Assembly (NCBI GenBank): GCA_963422735.1
Contig: OY730476.1
Span: forward strand, 1,056,001-1,120,000
Length of the DNA: 64,000 bases
Source of the DNA: Candidatus Latescibacterota bacterium
GTDB lineage: Bacteria; Latescibacterota; UBA2968; UBA8231
Direction of reading: 5' to 3'
A model generated the notes under the pieces. That model searched no databases and had not been told where the DNA came from. It saw nothing but the letters and a program-made list of their open reading frames with translations. Of this stretch, positions 38,722 through 47,899 are shown piece by piece. Numbering within the stretch: position 1 is the first letter of the stretch; each line of letters starts with the position of its first letter. The translations under genes and the position numbers were made by a program.

Positions 38722-39927
38722 CCCCCACGCCTGGTCAATGTCGCGTTGGTACGCGTCGATCTTGCCCGCCAGCACGTCGGCGACCTGTACCACCTGCCCG
38801 GACTGGCCGGATTCGTAGATAGCCTCGCTGACGGCCTTGCTGCGCAAGCCCTCCTCCGCGTCGATTTCCACCGGCCGCCCCTCGCTCAATGCGTCGATAA
38901 AATCCCACAACTCCAGCGTTACCCCGCCGGTGATCCCATAGGGAAAGAGTGCGTCCTTTGCCTCCTCGCTCAGGGTCGCCAAATACATCTCTTGCAGCTC
39001 GGACATGCTGTGCGTAGTACCGTCGGCGAGCTGACACTCGCCGCGCTGCTGAAAGGCGGCCGGGTGAAAGATGTCCGCGTCGAGGATCGATCCCTTCTCG
39101 CCGCTCAGCGCCAGTTGGGTAAAGCCCTTGCCCGGCGCACTAATGGTCCACGACCACGTGCCGATTAAGCCGCTTTTGAAGTTAAATATGCTGGTCCAGA
39201 AATCCTCGGACGCACTATCGACAATTTCCTCGCCTTTGCGATGGGGGCGCGGGTAGATCTGCTCAACCCGCGCGTACACGCTCTCGATCTCGCCAAACCA
39301 ATAGCGCATGGTGTCAACCCAGTGCGCCCCACTGTCCATGACCATGCCGCAGCCGCCTAGCTTGCGATCTATTCGCCAGTGCCAATTGGGCACTTGGGCC
39401 GGATCGTTCCACCCGGTCTGCACGGCCCACCACATTTTCGGCGCGCCCAACAGGCCGTCGTTGAAGGCCCAGTGGATGGTGCGCTGACCCAAGGAGCGGC
39501 GGCACTGCTCGGCCGTGGCAGCGACCCGCCCGCAGCGCTGCGCCGTCTGCGCGATCTTCTTCGAGGCCCGCACGGTGACCCCAATCGGCTTTTCGACCAG
39601 CACGTTAACCCCACCCTCTAACAGTTCGCAGGCCAGCACGTGGTGCAAGCCGTGCGGGCTGCATATATCGGCCCCGGCGAGCGCGTCTTCCCCATCGATC
39701 AGCTCGGCCACGCTCCCATAGGCGTTGACCTCCCAGCCGGTGAACCCGTTGATGCGCACGGCAAACTCCTCGGCGCGTGCGGCCACCTCATCTACAGCCG
39801 CGACAATGCGGAACCGCGTCTCTCCTTTTTCCAACAACTCTTCGTATCCCCGCAAGTGCGCCCCGGCCATGCCGCCGCAACCCACCATCGCCAATTGGAC
39901 GACCTCACCCCTCTTTTTTTTGCTCAT
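38707..39927 (-). CDS. Gfo/Idh/MocA family oxidoreductase
   Basis: VGCGGMA, CSPHGLH, VLVEKP, DSGAHWVD. Confidence 0.92.
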   Translation of the reverse strand: MSKKKRGEVVQLAMVGCGGMAGAHLRGYEELLEKGETRFRIVAAVDEVAARAEEFAVRINGFTGWEVNAYGSVAELIDGEDALAGADICSPHGLHHVLACELLEGGVNVLVEKPIGVTVRASKKIAQTAQRCGRVAATAEQCRRSLGQRTIHWAFNDGLLGAPKMWWAVQTGWNDPAQVPNWHWRIDRKLGGCGMVMDSGAHWVDTMRYWFGEIESVYARVEQIYPRPHRKGEEIVDSASEDFWTSIFNFKSGLIGTWSWTISAPGKGFTQLALSGEKGSILDADIFHPAAFQQRGECQLADGTTHSMSELQEMYLATLSEEAKDALFPYGITGGVTLELWDFIDALSEGRPVEIDAEEGLRSKAVSEAIYESGQSGQVVQVADVLAGKIDAYQRDIDQAWGLVAG

Positions 39928-40045
39928 TTCTCCCTCCACAGGTTGGCTTGTCGGCTACATACTATTCCCAAATGCAAACTGTGGCAAAGCGTCTATTCGT
40001 CCATTCGCCTGACTGCGTAACGCCGAAAACTAAAAAGCCTCTCCA

Positions 40046-40942
40046 TCACCATTCCAGCACCCCCGTCAAGAACGCCTCCACCCCAGCTTCATACGCGGCC
40101 GCATCCTCGCTAAAGGCCGAACTGTGTCCGCCCCGCAGCTCGGTAAATGCCTTGGGCTCGCCGGCGGCCTCGTACAGACGCTGGCCGTGAGCGAATGCAA
40201 TCAACTCGTCGTCGCGACTGTGAGAAATTAGCACCGGGCATTGGACCTGCTTTAGGTACTCTAGCGTGGGATACTCGTAGCGGGCGAGCAGGCCGATCGG
40301 AAAGAGCGGATACAGGTCTTGGCCCAGCTCGGACATGGAAGTAAAGGTCGCCTCTAAGAACAGGGCGGCCGGTGCCTTGTCTCGTGCCAACCGAGCAGCG
40401 ATCGGCCCGCCCAGCGAGCGAGCGATAATCGCAATTTGATCTGGGGCTAGCCCGGCCTCTTGCACCAAGTAGTTCCAAGCCGCCTCTGCATCGCGGTACG
40501 TGCCTTCCTCAGAGAGTGTGCCCTCGCTCTGGCCATAGCCTCGGTAGTCGAACAGCAAAATCCCCAACCCCAACCGGTGCGCGTCTTCGGCCACTGTAAG
40601 CAGATGCGATATGTTGCCCGCATTGCCGTGGCAAAAAAGCACGGTGCCCCGCGCATCGGCCAACGGCAGGTACCACCCCGCCAGCCGCACCCCGTCGCTG
40701 GCGACTAGCGCAACCTCTTCGTAGTGCATCCCAATCGCGGCCGGCGTGGTCTTGATCGCGGCCTCGGGCACGTAGATCAGCCTGCTCTGGAAGAGATAGA
40801 GCGCAATTCCAGCCAAGACATAGAACACCCCGACCAGCAGCACAATTCCCAGCGCAAGGCGTCCTATGGTACAACCAACGAGCGGTATAAAGGGCATCCG
40901 TATCAGGTCCTCCGGCTGAGTGGCTGGCCACTGGCGATTCAT
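40046..40942 (-). CDS. Alpha/beta hydrolase (ABHD13/Bem46-like)
   Basis: CHGNAGNI, FDYRGYGQS, RSLGG, HSRDDE, GGH; start may be at 40897. Confidence 0.9.
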   Translation of the reverse strand: MNRQWPATQPEDLIRMPFIPLVGCTIGRLALGIVLLVGVFYVLAGIALYLFQSRLIYVPEAAIKTTPAAIGMHYEEVALVASDGVRLAGWYLPLADARGTVLFCHGNAGNISHLLTVAEDAHRLGLGILLFDYRGYGQSEGTLSEEGTYRDAEAAWNYLVQEAGLAPDQIAIIARSLGGPIAARLARDKAPAALFLEATFTSMSELGQDLYPLFPIGLLARYEYPTLEYLKQVQCPVLISHSRDDELIAFAHGQRLYEAAGEPKAFTELRGGHSSAFSEDAAAYEAGVEAFLTGVLEW

Positions 40943-40956
40943 GCTATAATTGGGAT

Positions 40957-41181
40957 CGGACTTTCCTAGATGTTTAATCAGTGGTCAGTGATCAGTGGTC
41001 AGTGATCAGTGGTCAGTGATCAGTGATCAGTCCCATCCGCCCCCTTGGCGGCGGGTACCCGGCGACGGGCCACGGAACATCGACGCGGGGGACCGCGCTA
41101 GCCCGGACGAGATCTACGGGCAGGCCGAGTGATACCGCCTACATGAAACCGGAATCCCCAACCGTACACTAGGAAATTCCG
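40957..41181. mobile_element. MITE-like element with terminal inverted repeats, 8-bp target duplication and internal heptamer array
   Basis: Left end cggactttcctag, right end ctaggaaattccg (12/13 inverted match); attgggat at both 40949-40956 and 41182-41189; body repeated at 46167-46318. Confidence 0.85.
40978..41031. repeat. Heptamer tandem array (TCAGTGR)7 plus TCAGT
   Basis: Last base of the units runs G,A,G,A,G,A,A. Confidence 0.95.
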
Positions 41182-41258
41182 ATTGGGATTATTGGCACAC
41201 CTAAGATAAAAAACGCTACTTTAGGCCCTAAATACCTATTTCACCCCGAAAGCTCCCC

Positions 41259-43691
41259 ATGCCTATCGGAATTTTATTGGCCCTCGCCCTTGGCTTTGCC
41301 GCTGCCGTCCGCGCTCAAGACGAAGACTACCCAGCCGAGACGCTAGTCCCCGAAGTCGATCTGGGCTTGCAGCCGACTCCGCTCATTGTACCCGAGTCTT
41401 TTCGCGGTGCCGTACCCCAAGACTTAGTGCTCAACCTCCCCCCTGTCTTCTCGGCTCGCGTCTTCGCCCACGAGGGGCTACGCAAGCCCCGCTTTATGGC
41501 CTTTGATCCCAATGGCGTACTGCACGTGGCCAACATGGGTGCTGGCCAGATCGTCGCCCTGCCCGACCGCGACCGCGATGGCGTAGCCGACGAGCGCATC
41601 GTCTCCCTGCGCGGACTCGAAGAAGCCCACAGCCTACTGTTCTACAAAGGTGCGCTCTATGTCGCCGAGGAACACCAAGTCATCCGCGTGCGCGATACCG
41701 ACGGCGACCTAGTGTACGAGGACGAAGAAGTCGTCCTGCCCGACGTTCCTTGGGAGGGTTGGCACGATACCCGCACTCTCGTTGTCGATCGCCGCAACGA
41801 CAAAATGTATCTGTCAATCGGCTCACCCTGCGACCTGTGCCGCATGGACGAGGGCTTTCAGGTCGTCGGGAACACCACCAATATAGTGCCCCACCACCCC
41901 GAGCGCGGCACCATTGTGCAGTTCAATCCCGACGGCAGCGGCCGGCGCATCTTTGCCACTGGCATCCGCCACGTCATCGGCATGGACTTCCACCCGCAGA
42001 CCAACGAACTGTGGGCCAATCACAACGGCCACGATCTCGAAGGTCGCACTCGCCCGCCTGAGTGGATTGACATCATCGGCGACCAAGCCTTTATGGGCTA
42101 TCCTTTGGTTCACAGCCACCAAGTCTGGAGTGACTTTACCATTGGTCGCTACAAAAAAGTACTGCCCATCACCCGCCAAGACAGCCTCCTCGCCGCCACC
42201 CAAAAACGCCCGGTGGCCTTGGTGCCAGCCCACTACGCGCCGATGGGCCTCCACTTCTACACCGGCGACCAGTTCCCCACCCGCTACCACAACGCCGCCT
42301 TCGTCGCCTTCCGCGCTGGCAAAGCCAAGCTCTCATCGCACCCCGGCTACCTAGTAGCCGCCCTCTTTAGCCAACCCGATGGCAGCGACGCCCGCCTGGG
42401 CAGCTTTGTCACCGGCTTCCAAGCCGGAAAGACCCAAGGAGATGTCTGGGGCTTTCCCGTCGGGCTTGCCACCGACGCCGAGGGCAGTCTATATGTCACC
42501 AGCGATAACCGCAACCACCTCGTCATCAAGATCACCTATAACCCCATCGGCGGATCGTGGGAACACCAGATGCCCGACGCCTTGTCCATCGGCGACGCGC
42601 TCCAAGTTCGCGCCACTGTGCGCGTCGAACGGCTCAGCCCCGACGGCGGGCCACCTCGCCTGACCGCGGACCTAAGCTCTTTGGGCGGCCCGGCAGCCCT
42701 GCCGCTGGTCGCCCTCGACGACCAGACCTATCAGCTCGACACCCGCTTGGAAACCGCCGACCTGCCCAAGGGCTTCTACAAAGTGATCGTACGCCTCAAA
42801 CAGGAGGTCAATGGCGTCTTCAAGAGCTTCGATTTCATCCACCCAATCGCCCTCCTGCCACCGGATTTGTCCATCTTCGACGAGAGCGTAGCTGCCGACT
42901 GGCAGTTGGTCGGCAACAGCAGTGCCCGAATGCGGGTCACAAGCGATGGCCCCATCTTCTACGGCACCCGCGCCACTGCCATTGAGGCGGAGCCCAAAAA
43001 CTTCTACACTCCGTGGGCCATCGAATTCCGCCCAGACGCACCCGTCGATCCCCTCGGCTTTGCCGGCGTACGCTTCGCCTTTCATCCCGGCGACATCGAG
43101 TTGCCTACCTTTACTATCTTCGTCCTCTTCATCGATGGCCTCGGCGTGGATTTGGCGCGCGATCCCGAGCAATTCCACATCGACTTTTCGCGCCGCGAGT
43201 GGCAAATTATAGAAATCCCCTTCACGGCCTTCGACCAGCCCAACTACTACGGTCCCGGCCTCCGCGATCAAGTGGACTTGATTGACGGCCTCCGCTTTGA
43301 GGGAAACATGACGGGCACCTTCTATCTAGATGATGTGCGCCTAGTAGCGCGCATCCCGTCCGTGCCACGCGTACCAACGGCCGTCGCAGAAGGATTCAGC
43401 GAGGACCAGCCTGCCGCCTTCGTCCTCGCCCAGAATGTCCCTAACCCCTTCAACAGCACCACCGCCTTCCACTTCGCACTGCCGCAAGCAGCCGACATCG
43501 AATTGGCCATTTACAACCTCACCGGCCAAAAGGTCTCCCGCCTCGCACGCGGCTGGTACTCAGCCGGGCACTACACGGTCCATTGGGACGGGCGCAACGA
43601 CGCGGGCGTACGCTTAGCCAGTGGTGCTTACATCTATCGCCTGCTCGCTGGAGGGCAGGTCCAGGTGCGCAAGTTGCTCCTGTTGCGCTGA
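41259..43691 (+). CDS. Secreted sorbosone/PQQ-dependent sugar dehydrogenase-like beta-propeller with T9SS type-A-like (FlgD-Ig) C-terminal domain
   Basis: Signal peptide; PRFMAF, IGSPCDLC, GIRHVIG, HYAPMGLHFY, GSLYVTSD; tail LAQNVPNPFNSTT...YNLTGQKV...WDGRND...KLLLLR. Confidence 0.85.
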   Translation: MPIGILLALALGFAAAVRAQDEDYPAETLVPEVDLGLQPTPLIVPESFRGAVPQDLVLNLPPVFSARVFAHEGLRKPRFMAFDPNGVLHVANMGAGQIVALPDRDRDGVADERIVSLRGLEEAHSLLFYKGALYVAEEHQVIRVRDTDGDLVYEDEEVVLPDVPWEGWHDTRTLVVDRRNDKMYLSIGSPCDLCRMDEGFQVVGNTTNIVPHHPERGTIVQFNPDGSGRRIFATGIRHVIGMDFHPQTNELWANHNGHDLEGRTRPPEWIDIIGDQAFMGYPLVHSHQVWSDFTIGRYKKVLPITRQDSLLAATQKRPVALVPAHYAPMGLHFYTGDQFPTRYHNAAFVAFRAGKAKLSSHPGYLVAALFSQPDGSDARLGSFVTGFQAGKTQGDVWGFPVGLATDAEGSLYVTSDNRNHLVIKITYNPIGGSWEHQMPDALSIGDALQVRATVRVERLSPDGGPPRLTADLSSLGGPAALPLVALDDQTYQLDTRLETADLPKGFYKVIVRLKQEVNGVFKSFDFIHPIALLPPDLSIFDESVAADWQLVGNSSARMRVTSDGPIFYGTRATAIEAEPKNFYTPWAIEFRPDAPVDPLGFAGVRFAFHPGDIELPTFTIFVLFIDGLGVDLARDPEQFHIDFSRREWQIIEIPFTAFDQPNYYGPGLRDQVDLIDGLRFEGNMTGTFYLDDVRLVARIPSVPRVPTAVAEGFSEDQPAAFVLAQNVPNPFNSTTAFHFALPQAADIELAIYNLTGQKVSRLARGWYSAGHYTVHWDGRNDAGVRLASGAYIYRLLAGGQVQVRKLLLLR

Positions 43692-43718
43692 GGCGCAGCC
43701 GTTTGCCAGATTAAACCC

Positions 43719-46043
43719 ATGTCCACCGTTCTTTTGGTTCTTTTTTTTGTTGCCGCCGCTGATGCCGACCAACTGCGCTTTAGCTCGGCGAGCCAGTGGA
43801 GCGATTGGCAATTGCCCCTCGGCGCAGTCGAGATTGCGGCCAATGGTTCGATTCAGCCGACGCGCGTTGTCAAAAATACCGATGCCGCACGTAATGCCCT
43901 CCACCTAGGCGGTGGTATTCGCCGCGTCGGCTCCAATCCTAGAGACGCCGACGCGCTCCTCGACGGAAACATAACGACCGGCTGGGGGCCCGATCCGGCG
44001 GACGCCTCCGAGGACTGGTTCGTCGAAATCGACCTTGGTCGCAGCGTCTCAGCGCGCAGCATCGCCTTAGTCTTCGCCGAAGATGCGCCGCCCTTTGAGC
44101 TATTCGACCTCTTACTTTCTGCCGGCGAGCCGCAGCTCGACCACGTCGCCAACTCAATCGAAGGCTCCCTGATCTACCGCATTAAAGAGCGCTTCAAGGA
44201 AAACGCGCGCCACCGCGTCGCGTACGCCCCGGGCGACGCGCTCTACCTGACGCCGATCCGCTACCTGCAAATCCGCAACCTCAAGCACATTCCCGACGCC
44301 CGGCTCGTCGCCATCGAGGTCGAGAGCATCGGCGACAATCTCACCCTCAACCTCGTCGAGCGCGGCGGGGCCATCGACGTGGTCATCGACGCCTTTGTCC
44401 GCGCCGAAGAGGTCACCTTGGGCAACGCGCTCAACCTAGTCGATGGCTCAATTTTCGACCGTTGGCGCAATGGGCGCGAGCCGCGCAACACCTACAATAC
44501 CTGGAGCCACATTACCATCGACTTAGGGGCCGTCTATCCAGTGGACTTCGTGCGCCTGATTACCGGCGTGGCCATCCGCGGCGGCTTTGGCGAGCACCTT
44601 CTGCGCACCCGGGCCGGGGCCAGCGGCGCACGCTCCTTCAGCTACAAAAACTACGAGGTCCTCACCTCGGACGGCACCATCGCCCCCGACGGCACCCGCA
44701 TCTGGACGCGACACTTTGCCGGGGACGCCGCCAGCGAAAACCACCGCGCAGGGCTAGCCGACCACCAGTTCCCCACCCTACCGGCCCGCTACGTCCGCAT
44801 CGCCTGGCTCATCTGGGATGCCACCTGCGCCGCGACCCTGCCCGACGCCTCCTCGCGCTGGGGCTGCTACGCCAACGGATCCGCCGAAGAAATCCAAGTG
44901 TACGGCGAGGGCTATCCCCTCGTCGTCCGCCTCCGCTCGCCGCTCATTGACCTAGAAAGCGGCAAGAGCCTCAACTCGATTGAGTGGCAGGGCCAGACCC
45001 CCTTGGGCACCCACATCGAAATCCGCTCGCGCACTGGCGACGAGGTAGTAGAGCAATACACTTTTCACGACAAAAATGGCAAGCAAGTAAACCAGAGACG
45101 ATACGACAAACTGATCCCCAGTTTCAGGGGCAGGATCGACACCACGCGCATCGCTGGTGCGGACTGGAGCCCCTATAGCAATATCTACAGCACTTCGGGT
45201 GATGCCTTCCAGTCGCCCTCGCCGCGCCGCTTTATGGAACTCGATGTGCGCTTGGTGTCCGACAGTCCGACGCAGGCCGCCCACTTCGACTGGCTGGCCG
45301 TCAACTTCACCGACCCACTGGCATCCGAGGTCGTCGGCGAGGTGTTCCCCCTCCAAGTCGCACCCGGCCAAGAGACCCAATTTTCCTACTTCCTGCGGCC
45401 TGCGACGACCCAAGACGGCTTCGACCAAATCGCAATTGAAGCCACCACATCCCCCCGCTTTGACGCCGCCTTTGTCGATGGCGAACCTATCGAGGTCGCC
45501 ACCGAGGCCCTCGCTCAGGGCTTTCGCGCCACCTTCCCGCGCCGCATTCGTAGCCGTCAGCTCATCGAACTGCGCTTCTCCGCCCCCATCTACCTACAGG
45601 CGACCCGCTTCGACGCCTTTCTCGAAGACAGCCAAAAGGCACAGACGCGGCAACTCGTTGACATAGGCGACGCTACCCCCCAAGTCGAGAGCAGTTCCAA
45701 CGTCGTGCGCCTGCCCGTAGCCGACCAGCTCTTTGCCGGCCTCTCGTTCAGCCCCGCGCTCATTACGCCCAACGGCGACGGGATCAACGACCAACTCCTC
45801 GTTTCCTTCAGCCTCATCAACGTGCTCTCCGACCGCCCCTTGCACCTGCGGCTCTATGACTTGTCCGGCCGGCCGCTTTTTAGCCAGGAGCAGGCTCGCC
45901 AAGCCGGCCACATCGCATGGCACTGGGACGGCCGCGACTTACACGGCCAGCGCGTACCGCCCGGCCTCTACATAGCCGAACTGCACATCTCCGGCGATGC
46001 CGGAGACCGCAGCGTGAGACGCATCGTGGCCGTGGCTTATTAG
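43719..46043 (+). CDS. Large secreted protein with discoidin/F5-8C-like segments and a TPNGDG-type FlgD-Ig C-terminal domain
   Basis: Signal peptide; LLDGN..TGW.P, VEIDLG, ITIDLG; tail ITPNGDGIND...YDLSGR...WDGRD...PPGLY...VAVAY. Confidence 0.85.
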   Translation: MSTVLLVLFFVAAADADQLRFSSASQWSDWQLPLGAVEIAANGSIQPTRVVKNTDAARNALHLGGGIRRVGSNPRDADALLDGNITTGWGPDPADASEDWFVEIDLGRSVSARSIALVFAEDAPPFELFDLLLSAGEPQLDHVANSIEGSLIYRIKERFKENARHRVAYAPGDALYLTPIRYLQIRNLKHIPDARLVAIEVESIGDNLTLNLVERGGAIDVVIDAFVRAEEVTLGNALNLVDGSIFDRWRNGREPRNTYNTWSHITIDLGAVYPVDFVRLITGVAIRGGFGEHLLRTRAGASGARSFSYKNYEVLTSDGTIAPDGTRIWTRHFAGDAASENHRAGLADHQFPTLPARYVRIAWLIWDATCAATLPDASSRWGCYANGSAEEIQVYGEGYPLVVRLRSPLIDLESGKSLNSIEWQGQTPLGTHIEIRSRTGDEVVEQYTFHDKNGKQVNQRRYDKLIPSFRGRIDTTRIAGADWSPYSNIYSTSGDAFQSPSPRRFMELDVRLVSDSPTQAAHFDWLAVNFTDPLASEVVGEVFPLQVAPGQETQFSYFLRPATTQDGFDQIAIEATTSPRFDAAFVDGEPIEVATEALAQGFRATFPRRIRSRQLIELRFSAPIYLQATRFDAFLEDSQKAQTRQLVDIGDATPQVESSSNVVRLPVADQLFAGLSFSPALITPNGDGINDQLLVSFSLINVLSDRPLHLRLYDLSGRPLFSQEQARQAGHIAWHWDGRDLHGQRVPPGLYIAELHISGDAGDRSVRRIVAVAY

Positions 46044-46062
46044 GTACGCCTGATCGCTTGCT

Positions 46063-46163
46063 TGGTTAGTGGTTAGTGGTTAGTGGTTAGTGGTTAGTGG
46101 TTAGTAGTTAGTGGTTAGTGGTTAGTGGTTAGTAGTTAGTGGTTAGTGGTTAGTGGTTAGTGG
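46063..46163. repeat. Heptamer tandem array (TTAGTRG)14, telomere-like
   Basis: Twelve TTAGTGG and two TTAGTAG units (6th and 10th) from 46066. Confidence 0.95.
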
Positions 46164-46166
46164 TCC

Positions 46167-46318
46167 GTCCCATCCGCCCCCTTGGCGGCGGGTACCCGGC
46201 GACGGGCCACGGAACATCGACGCGGGGGACCGGGCTGGCTCGGACGAGGGCTACGGGCCAGCTGAGTGAGACCGCCTACATGAAACCGGAATGCCCAACC
46301 GTACACTAGGAAATTCCG
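46167..46318. mobile_element. Second copy of the MITE body and right end; left end absent
   Basis: 152 bp, ungapped, 142/152 identical to 41030-41181 by manual alignment; ends ctaggaaattccg. Confidence 0.85.
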
Positions 46319-46780
46319 TTCCCGAAGATGAACTTGAGGGAGCCATCAGGTTCACGAAAGCGAAGACAAAACGCGAAGCCATCGTCCGAGCCGTCGCGGG
46401 CTTCAACCGCCGGCGCATGGCGGAACTCGTCCAATACGCCGGCACCTGCCCGGGTTTGATCGCGCCGCAAGAGCTTCAGGCCACGCGCCGGCAGGGCTGG
46501 ATGCTTCGTCCGGGCGGGGATCCCACGGTTCGCGCCCGTGTCGAAGCGGTGCTGACCACGGGGCAAGCCCGTTGGTGCCCGCGGGTGCAACTCGAACTGT
46601 GGAACAGTGCCTCCGGGCAACAAGAACAGAAGGGTCTGCAGGACTTTGCCCGCACCTTCCCCGAGCTTCCCATCGACCAAGAGGTCTGGCAGGCGGCCTA
46701 TGATCTGGCGCGGCGAGCGCGAGCCCAAGGCGTTACCGCACCAGCCACCGATGTGATCTCTCCCGCCGCCACGGCACCGC
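46319..46780 (+). pseudogene. Disrupted and fused vapB-vapC toxin-antitoxin pair
   Basis: PEDEL..AIRFTKAKTKREAIVRAV (VapB-like, N-terminus replaced by the MITE end) runs into a VapC lacking its first DTS strand (LELW...AAYDLARRARAQGVT.PATD). Confidence 0.7.
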
Positions 46781-46799
46781 TCTCCGGCTCGCCTTGCCA

Positions 46800-47313
46800 C
46801 AGTCGGGAATGTCGGCATGACACCGCCACCGACCACGATCACAGCGCGTACGTCGTCCACCCGCTGACGAATGCGGGCGAGATCGCCAAGAGTGCGTGGG
46901 TCGCTCCTTTGCTTGGGGGGACGAACAGTGCTGAATCGGTTGCTAAGACTAGGTGATCGTAGGAAATCCGCTCGCCATCGGCCGCCTGAATCGCGTGGTT
47001 TTCACGGTCAATGGAGGACACCGGATTGTCGGCGATGACCCGGATACCCAGCGGCTCGCTCCAAGGCGAGCCACCCGGTGAGGCGGACTCGGTCGTATGC
47101 CAAATGCGGCTTCTCGCCAATGACGGTGACGGCGTAGCGTTCCAGTGCTTCCAGAGCGGCCAAACGCTCGACGAACTTGTACGCTACCATACCAAATCTC
47201 GCGACCACCAGCCGTTGGCGCTTTTCGGGTGCCGGAAGCCCGCCTCGGTCTGCGGGCCGAGCAATTGGGGCCGCGCTTATGCTCCCAGCCTCGTTTACCG
47301 TGAGGATGGACAT
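46800..47313 (-). pseudogene. nirB: Remnant of NAD(P)H nitrite reductase large subunit N-terminus
   Basis: LVV..FGMV.YKFVE, IGEKPHLAYDRVRLT, YDHLVLAT.S.LFVPP and VVGGG in different frames. Confidence 0.7.
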
Positions 47314-47332
47314 GCTGCCATCGCGTTCCCTT

Positions 47333-47899
47333 TCACCCCCACAAAAAGAACGCGGCCAACAGCGCGATCCACACCGCTTCGAGGAAATGCCAGTATGCGG
47401 CGCAGGCCCGCACTGAGAGCAAATGCTCGCTGTCGAGCCGATTCATGCGCGCCTTCCACGCCAGCACCGACAACGGCACCATCCCCCCCACCACGTGCAG
47501 CGCGTGAACCACCACCAGAGCGAACGCAATGCCGTAGGCACTCGCCTCCAGCGCCCGGTGGCGATCGAGTAGCTGCATCAGCGCCGGCACCTGCGCGGCA
47601 ATGAACAACGCGCTCGTCACCCAAGCCCGGGCCAACCACCGCCGCAGGAGCGGGAAGTGCCCGCGCCGGGCGTTCTGCGTCGCCTTGTACATCGCCAGCC
47701 CAGCCCCCAACAGCACCGCCGTCGAAACGCCAAGCACCAGCGGCAGCTCAATGCGCTCGCTCCCCCGCAGCGCCGGGTTGGTCAGCCGCAAATAGGCAAA
47801 AGCCGCGATGCTGGCTCCAAAGAGCATGGCCAGCGAGACTAAAAACAGGGTCAGGCCCATTTGGCGACGCCCCCGCAGATCGGGCGAGTTCCAGTTCAT
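47333..47899 (-). CDS. Cytochrome c oxidase subunit III-like membrane protein
   Basis: LFLVSLAMLF, HALHVVGG, YWHFL..VW. Confidence 0.8.
   Translation of the reverse strand: MNWNSPDLRGRRQMGLTLFLVSLAMLFGASIAAFAYLRLTNPALRGSERIELPLVLGVSTAVLLGAGLAMYKATQNARRGHFPLLRRWLARAWVTSALFIAAQVPALMQLLDRHRALEASAYGIAFALVVVHALHVVGGMVPLSVLAWKARMNRLDSEHLLSVRACAAYWHFLEAVWIALLAAFFLWG

Noticed and set aside
40978-46163. Tandem arrays as CRISPR
   Set aside because: The 7-bp units are contiguous with no unique spacers, and no cas genes are present.
46063-46163. Eukaryotic telomere contamination
   Set aside because: The unit is TTAGTGG rather than TTAGGG, the array is internal, and it joins the same bacterial element as the related array at 40978.
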